From Oscillospiraceae bacterium (lineage in GTDB: Bacteria; Bacillota; Clostridia; Oscillospirales; Ruminococcaceae): a stretch of 64,000 nucleotides of DNA. The first letter of the stretch is position 1. Every line of letters begins with the position of its first letter. The notes beneath the pieces were generated by a model. The model was not told the origin of the DNA. It was given only the letters and a program-made list of their open reading frames with translations, and did not search any database. The stretch covers positions 281 through 64,280 of the forward strand of contig JAHHTZ010000008.1 in assembly GCA_020024285.1 (NCBI GenBank). The letters run 5' to 3'. The translations under genes were made by a program, and so were the position numbers. Of the stretch, positions 58,185-64,000 are shown piece by piece.

Positions 58185-58213
58185 TTGCAGGCAAACCTGA
58201 TTTATACTATAAT
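58185..58213 (+). promoter_or_regulatory. sigma-A-type promoter candidate
   Basis: TTGCAG, a 17-nt spacer, then TATAAT, about 30 nt upstream of the ATG at 58242. Confidence 0.45.
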
Positions 58214-58241
58214 GATTGAAATTAGGCATTGAGGTGGTTTT

Positions 58242-59399
58242 ATGGTTCGATCCAAGCATATTAAAACCTCTGAGGTCCAGCTGTGGCGCAAGCGGAAAAA
58301 TTGGGGCTATGCACTGCCGCTCGTGCTGCTGTTGCTGCTGGGCTTGTGGCTCATCCCCAAATGGACCCGTTCGGGATTTGCCATAGACGGGATCGCGCTG
58401 CTCCTCCTTGCGCTGCTTACGCTCTTTGCTTCGGTGCCCTGCTGTCTGATTTGGAACGCGATTTGCCGCCAAAAATGGAAAAACGCGCTGCATCGAACGG
58501 AATTTGATGCAAAACAGGACCTTGAGTATTACCGCGACAAGCTCACAGAGCTTTCGCCGGCACAGATCAGCCTGCTCACCGATTTGAAGCTCGAACGGAA
58601 AAAGGACCTGGCGGCGACCCTCTTAAAATTGCAGCTCAACGGTGTGATCGCCATTCAGGATGGCTGCGTGAGCATAGCCGATGTCCCAGAGGATTCGCTT
58701 TGCACCAGCGATCGGCTGCTTTTGCGGTATCTAAAAGAGCATCCCCGGCTTTCGGACGAAACCTCGGACGGGCTGGCACACTGGGAGAGAGCGGCGTTGG
58801 AGGAGGCAGCCGAGGGCGGCTTCTTCCGGGGGAAGGAGCTATCCAAAAAGCACGGATTTCGCAGGAGCGGCTGCCTGCCCACGATTTTGGCTTTTGTGCT
58901 GATGCTGGTGCTGCTGTTCAACAAGGACACTGCATACTTTAACGAGGTGTCACAGTGCGTGGAGAATGCATCGTCAGAGGTGTCCAACCAATATTTTGTG
59001 CAGATGATGACAAAGGATGTCCGCTTTGCCCGCGGCGTGATTTGGACGGTGCTCGGCTCTGTGGCGGGGCTGTTCTTTCTGGCATACCCTCTGACAGCGG
59101 CGGCGCGCGGCTTTTTGCAGACCTCGGCAGAAAAACAGCTTAACATCGAGCGCACCGCCAAGGGGATGGAATATACCGAATATGTCTACGGTCTTAAAAA
59201 TTTCATCCACGACTTTTCTAATCTGTCTGAGGTCCAGCAGGAGCAGCTCATTTTGTGGGATGACTTTTTGATTTATGCTGTTGTACTGGAGGAAAACACG
59301 CGGATTTTGGATGAGATCTTCCGGCAAAGAAATGGGGAAGCGCGCACAGCGTGTGCCTATTCTTCCCTAAAAGCGCTGGACGAAAGGAGCTTTTTATGA
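58242..59399 (+). CDS. DUF2207-like membrane protein
   Basis: Several TM helices. The C-terminal block GLKNFIHDFSNLSE...LILWDDFLIYAVVL resembles DUF2207 proteins, which typically pair with LemA. Confidence 0.6.
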   Translation: MVRSKHIKTSEVQLWRKRKNWGYALPLVLLLLLGLWLIPKWTRSGFAIDGIALLLLALLTLFASVPCCLIWNAICRQKWKNALHRTEFDAKQDLEYYRDKLTELSPAQISLLTDLKLERKKDLAATLLKLQLNGVIAIQDGCVSIADVPEDSLCTSDRLLLRYLKEHPRLSDETSDGLAHWERAALEEAAEGGFFRGKELSKKHGFRRSGCLPTILAFVLMLVLLFNKDTAYFNEVSQCVENASSEVSNQYFVQMMTKDVRFARGVIWTVLGSVAGLFFLAYPLTAAARGFLQTSAEKQLNIERTAKGMEYTEYVYGLKNFIHDFSNLSEVQQEQLILWDDFLIYAVVLEENTRILDEIFRQRNGEARTACAYSSLKALDERSFL

Positions 59400-59950
59400 A
59401 ACCGATGATTCTTGTGCTTGCAGCTGCTGCGGTGCTGCTGGTGGTTTATGTGATCTGCGGCTACAACCGCTTTGTGAAGCTGAGGAACCGGGTGCGCGAT
59501 CAGCAGGCCCAGATCGACGTGCAGACAAAGCGCCGCTGCGACCTGATCCCCAACCTGATCGAAACGGTGAAGGGCTGTGCAAACTTTGAAAGATCCACGC
59601 TGGACGCGGTGGTTTCGGCACGGAGCAGCCTTTTGAACGGCAGCAGCCCCGCCGAAAAGGATGCGGCAGATGCCGCCCTCACCTCGGCACTGCATCACCT
59701 GATTGCCGTGTCCGAAGGCTATCCGGACTTAAAGGCAAGCGCCAATTTTGCTTCGCTGCAAAAAGAGCTGTCCGAAACGGAGGACAAAATCGCAAAGGCG
59801 CGGCAGTTCTATAACGACACAGTGCTCAAATACAACGATGCGATCGAGGTTTTCCCCGCCTCTCTGGTGGCAAAGCTCACCGGATTCGGCAAGATCGAAT
59901 TCCTGAAAGCGGCAGAATTCGAAAGGGAAGCTGTGAAGGTTCAGTTTTAG
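59396..59950 (+). CDS. lemA: LemA-family protein
   Basis: ATGA overlap with the upstream gene. TM anchor followed by YNRFVKLRNRVRDQQAQIDVQTKRRCDLIPNLIETVKG and ...ARQFYNDTVLKYNDAIEVFP. Confidence 0.9.
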   Translation: MKPMILVLAAAAVLLVVYVICGYNRFVKLRNRVRDQQAQIDVQTKRRCDLIPNLIETVKGCANFERSTLDAVVSARSSLLNGSSPAEKDAADAALTSALHHLIAVSEGYPDLKASANFASLQKELSETEDKIAKARQFYNDTVLKYNDAIEVFPASLVAKLTGFGKIEFLKAAEFEREAVKVQF

Positions 59951-60421
59951 ATCAAACAGTAAATTCAAATTTGGAGCAGCACCCCATCTTTCAGGCAGCA
60001 GGACCGGATGCCCGAAAGATGGGGTGCTTGTTCTGTCAAACGACTGCACCAAGCCTTCCAAAGCGTGTGCCCTGATTTGCAGAGCAATATGAAATTTTAA
60101 GCAGAGCGGTGCGGCATCCGCGGCGGTAAGTTTACAATTTCTCTCTTCCCATCCAAAGATGGATGCTCTATAATAAAGTCAGAGATGACCGGACGAAGGG
60201 ACGCGTTTTTGCAAAAGAATGTGCAGCCGATGCTTTGAAAAGGCTCGGCACCGGCGCAGAACACCATGCTGTCTATGCGGCTGCATTTGCTGGAGCAGCG
60301 GTTCTTCGCGATAGAAACAGAGGCTCTCCGTTCACCTTTGGGAAAATCGGGAGATATCCTGCGGTGCTTATGGATCGATCGAGCACACGCTTTTCATATT
60401 ATTTTTAAGGAGGATACAAAA

Positions 60422-61405
60422 ATGAGAGTATTATTTTACGGCGGCACCTACGCACAAGTGTTTTTCAAAGGACACCTGCACCTTTTGGACGAGGCAGGAG
60501 TGGAGTATGATTTGGTGGAACCGGGTACACCGGAGGCTTTGGCAGAGGTCAGCAAGGGTCACGATGCTGTCATCACCTTCTTCCCTCTGCGCGAGGAGGC
60601 AGTCAATTCTCTGGCGGATTCCGTAAAGGCAATCATTGTTACGTCGATCGGCTATGACAACATTGATATGGAGGCTGCCAGCAAGCGCGGCATCATGGTG
60701 TGCAACATTCCCGACTACTGCATCGAAGAGGTTGCACTGCACTCGGTTACGCTGATCCTGTGCGCTTTGCGCAACATCTGCCAATATGACCGCACGATCC
60801 GCAGCGGCGGCTGGAAAGACCGTTCGATGCTGTGCGGCAGAGCACATCACCGCATGTCTACACTGACGATGGGCTTTTTAGGCTTTGGCGGGATCGGACG
60901 GATGGTTTGCAAGCAGATGTCGGGCTTTGGGGTAAAATTCGTAGCGTATGACCCATACGTTCCGGCAAGTGTTTTTGAGGAAATGGGGGTACAGCGCGTG
61001 GAAACCAAGGATGAGCTGTATGCAGTGTCCGATATTATCGGGGTTTATCTCATTTTAACCGATGAAACCTATCATCTCATCAACGAGGAAGCCATCGCCA
61101 AAATGAAGGATGATGTCATTTTGGTCAATACTGCCCGCGGTGCGATCATCGATTTGGACAGCGTGAAAAAGGGACTGAAATCCGGGAAAATCGGCGCGGT
61201 CGGCTTTGATACCTGGGAGCAGGAGCCGATCCCTGCGGATGACCCGATCCTTCAGGAGGACAATGCGACGATCACATCGCACTGTGCTTACTTCTCCATC
61301 GAGGCTGCAATCGATTTGCGTGTAAAATGCCTGACAACGGCGATCAATGTGTGCAAGGGAGAAATTCCGTATAACTGCGTAAACAAAAAAGCTCTGGGGC
61401 TGTAG
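60422..61405 (+). CDS. D-isomer-specific 2-hydroxyacid dehydrogenase family protein
   Basis: AAGGAGGA RBS. Motifs GFLGFGGIGRMV (GxGxxG), VNTARG and ...TSHCAY.... Confidence 0.85.
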   Translation: MRVLFYGGTYAQVFFKGHLHLLDEAGVEYDLVEPGTPEALAEVSKGHDAVITFFPLREEAVNSLADSVKAIIVTSIGYDNIDMEAASKRGIMVCNIPDYCIEEVALHSVTLILCALRNICQYDRTIRSGGWKDRSMLCGRAHHRMSTLTMGFLGFGGIGRMVCKQMSGFGVKFVAYDPYVPASVFEEMGVQRVETKDELYAVSDIIGVYLILTDETYHLINEEAIAKMKDDVILVNTARGAIIDLDSVKKGLKSGKIGAVGFDTWEQEPIPADDPILQEDNATITSHCAYFSIEAAIDLRVKCLTTAINVCKGEIPYNCVNKKALGL

Positions 61406-61572
61406 TGAGCATCGGCTCAATGCGCGTCCCCCGGTTTGCTGCGGCATCTATGCTGAACGGTTTGGCATCCCCTTTGTTTGCTCTCAGCGAGCGGGCAGGG
61501 GGGATGCCTTTGTAAATCAAGGGATGGAAAAATCGCGGCTGCTGTGGTAAACTGAATAAAAAATGCTGGGGG

Positions 61573-62259
61573 ATGGAGCTTGTGGAAGGGATACGGCAAC
61601 TGATAGAAAGAGGACTGATGGGCGCGGCTGTCATTGCAGGCGCATTGGCTGGATTTGCAGGCTTTTTGTTCCTGCTGTATCGTCTGATAAAGTGCATGCG
61701 CCCAAAAGAGGTGCGGCAGGCGGAGCAAAAAATTTTGTCCCATCGGTTTTATCCGCTTTCCGGGCGCGGCCGGATTGCTTACCTTATTCTTTGTCTGGAA
61801 CAAACATTGCAATGCTGCGGACAGGATCTTACGGCCTGGGAATGGATTTTGCGAAAGCTATGGTCGATCACAGATGATTCTCAAAGCAGCTGGATCGATG
61901 CCTGGCTGGACTGCGTCGGGGAGCTGCTTCCGAGCGCAGTTTTAAGAAACGACAAATCGGCAGAAAATGCACAGGCGAAAATACTTTATGAGCAAACCGG
62001 AGCTGCGATGATTGTCATAAACACGATACTCGATTGTGCTTATACGATCGTCTGCGAATGGTCGCCTGATACCGCTGCCCATGACCCGGACGCGCTGGGG
62101 AACCTGGACCGAGCGGAAGCGGCTATGGAAGAGTTCGGGATTTCGCTCCCATCGAATGAAAGCATACAAGCGCTGCTCTCAGAGCAAAAAAGTTCTTCCT
62201 TCGGAAAACCGTTCGATGGTCTGCGCTATTCCGTTCTGTCGCAGGGAAAAAATGCTTGA
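61573..62259 (+). CDS. hypothetical protein with N-terminal TM helix
   Basis: ORF only. The start is uncertain (61573 or ATG at 61618). No recognised motif. Confidence 0.45.
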   Translation: MELVEGIRQLIERGLMGAAVIAGALAGFAGFLFLLYRLIKCMRPKEVRQAEQKILSHRFYPLSGRGRIAYLILCLEQTLQCCGQDLTAWEWILRKLWSITDDSQSSWIDAWLDCVGELLPSAVLRNDKSAENAQAKILYEQTGAAMIVINTILDCAYTIVCEWSPDTAAHDPDALGNLDRAEAAMEEFGISLPSNESIQALLSEQKSSSFGKPFDGLRYSVLSQGKNA

Positions 62260-62715
62260 GGGCGAGGATGAAAGAAGAGCCGGAGCGGGAATATCAGCCC
62301 GCACCGTCCGGGCGCATAATCTCAACGTGCATCATCGTGCTCCTAAAACAGGAAGCGGCAAGCTGTTTAGAGCTTGCCGCTTCGCCGTTTTGCACTGCCT
62401 TGTCCTGTTTTGTTCAGTCGGTGCTTTTGTATTATGGAATTTGTTTGGGATGAAATTCTGTATATAAAAAGATGTTCAGCGCAGAAACTCATGACTTCGG
62501 AACAATGCAAAAGGTATTATCCCGAATGATAGTGATATCGTCTCACGGACATAAAATCTGCGCCGCCATAAAATTCATAGCGAATTTTCAACAATTACAA
62601 TTCGTTGCTATTTTCCAAAACGAAAAACCGCATCTGAACCATAAGACGGTTCAGTGAGCGACGATGGGTATGTTGTGTCTGGATGAAAAACACTGTTCTT
62701 GCAAGGGCAAAAAGG

Positions 62716-63825
62716 TTAGAGCAAGGCGACGGCGATTAAGATCACAAGTCCAACAACATTTGCCGCAGTGAATACAGCCAAAAAACGTCCCCCCTGCGAT
62801 TTGGGCCATGCCAGATACAGCTTCAACGTGATGAGACTGGCCAGAGATGCAATTGGGGTTCCCAGACCACCGATATTGACTCCCTCCAATAAGGGTTTCC
62901 ACGCATCCGTGAATGTGGACAGCAGCACAGCTGCCGGAACGTTGCTGATAATCTGACTGGCACCCACTGCGGTGAGCAGAGGGTTTCTGGCCAGAAGTTT
63001 CTGTAAGAAAATCCGCACGATCTCGATGCGGCCTAAATTCCCGGAAACAATGAAGAAACAAACAAAGGTGACCAGCAGCGCGTAGTCCACATCCGCCAAA
63101 ACATGCCAGTCCATAAATCCAATGACAAGGATCACCAAGACAGCTGCGATTCCATATGGGAGAACTCGAAAGACGGTGAGCAGACACAGGACGAACAAAA
63201 CAGCATACACCATAAGCTGTTTTGGAGTGCGGATCTGTCCCTCAAGTTCTGGTGCAGGAAGCTCCTTGGGGAGTATTGGAACAGCAGCCACTGCAAGACA
63301 CACCAGACTAATGAGGGTCAGCGGGAGCATGGCAGCAAAAAACGACTCAGCAGAGAGTTCATAGGTGGCATACAGAAAAAGATTCTGCGGATTTCCAACC
63401 GGAGTTGCCATGCTGCCCAAGTTTGCGGCAATGGTTTGCAGCACCAAAATCGGAATCGCTGCCGTTTGACACCCAATCTGCTCTAATAGCAGTAGTGTAA
63501 AAGGAACGAAGGTTAGTAGAGCTACATCGTTGGTCACGAGCATGGCAGCAAAAAAGGGCAGTAATATTAAAATCACACCCAGGGTCCTGCCGCCGCTGCT
63601 GTGCCGCAAAAGGACTGCCGCCAACCATTGAAATGTACCGCATCTCTGGAATCCGGCCACAACAGCCATCAAACACAGCAAAAGGCACAAAACCCTCAAA
63701 TCTATATATCCAAGGTAAGCGCCATCCGGTGGCACCAGAAGCATAGTAACCATGGCACACACAGCGGCAATGCACATGACTTTCTCTCGCTGCATCCAGA
63801 CGAATATTTTTTTTAGCACGATCAT
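62716..63825 (-). CDS. ArsB/NhaD-superfamily (YbiR/SLC13-like) anion permease
   Basis: Polytopic protein with ...GYIDLRVLCLLLCLMAVVAGFQ... and ...LGSMATPVGNPQNLFL..., typical of this permease superfamily. The start codon is uncertain. Confidence 0.72.
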   Translation of the reverse strand: MIVLKKIFVWMQREKVMCIAAVCAMVTMLLVPPDGAYLGYIDLRVLCLLLCLMAVVAGFQRCGTFQWLAAVLLRHSSGGRTLGVILILLPFFAAMLVTNDVALLTFVPFTLLLLEQIGCQTAAIPILVLQTIAANLGSMATPVGNPQNLFLYATYELSAESFFAAMLPLTLISLVCLAVAAVPILPKELPAPELEGQIRTPKQLMVYAVLFVLCLLTVFRVLPYGIAAVLVILVIGFMDWHVLADVDYALLVTFVCFFIVSGNLGRIEIVRIFLQKLLARNPLLTAVGASQIISNVPAAVLLSTFTDAWKPLLEGVNIGGLGTPIASLASLITLKLYLAWPKSQGGRFLAVFTAANVVGLVILIAVALL

Positions 63826-64000
63826 ACCTCCATCAATACACTTTAAGGTGCTTTTAATAAACCCAATCACAACACGCAGAAAATCCGCATTTTCTAACGG
63901 CTTCTTATAATGAATACAGCAGATGTGCAGAAACTTGAACGACAAACTTCCGATCTATGTATTTGATTGTTAGTACCTGAGTGGAATCTTTACAGCAATT

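Noticed and set aside
47958-64000. Searched for a recombinase, integrase, transposase or phage genes that would directly prove a mobile or intervening element after the sigK break.
   Set aside because: None was found in the window, so no mobile_element feature is called. The skin-like interpretation remains a hypothesis that depends on sequence beyond position 64000.

Overview
The window looks like chromosomal DNA from a moderately GC-rich, spore-forming, probably gut-associated Clostridia-type Firmicute. That placement is inferred from spoIID, a sigK fragment, strong GGAGG ribosome-binding sites and glycan- and peptide-foraging genes. Gene content is mostly metabolic and envelope-related. 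From left to right: a metal-efflux island (ArsR repressor, Zn/Cd-type P1B-ATPase with a large His/Cys-rich repeat N-terminus, CDF transporter); a GH29 fucosidase; a stand-alone glycine/sarcosine/betaine-reductase 'protein B' module (GrdX, TetR, Na+-symporter, GrdE-like proprotein, and a GrdB-like selenoprotein whose in-frame UGA splits it in the ORF track); an MCP; a giant dockerin-bearing M60-like metalloprotease followed by a membrane-anchored cohesin-like protein; a peptidase/transporter cluster (PepT, PepD, YfcC, aminopeptidase P); MscS; DUF4349; MalQ and glycogen phosphorylase; a GlnK/GlnL-like two-component system; a large Ig-repeat surface protein; and only the 5' part of sigK. After the sigK break, about 16 kb of accessory-type genes runs to the window end. 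These include TetR and oleate hydratase, a lipoprotein gene with a 150-bp tandem triplication of its 3' end, a CxxC-less TrxB-like flavoprotein with a LysR regulator, a membrane-anchored Ntn hydrolase, a DUF2207-like protein with LemA, a dehydrogenase and a permease. I saw no rRNA, tRNA, CRISPR array, transposase or integrase. All functional calls rest on motif recognition by eye, with no database searches.
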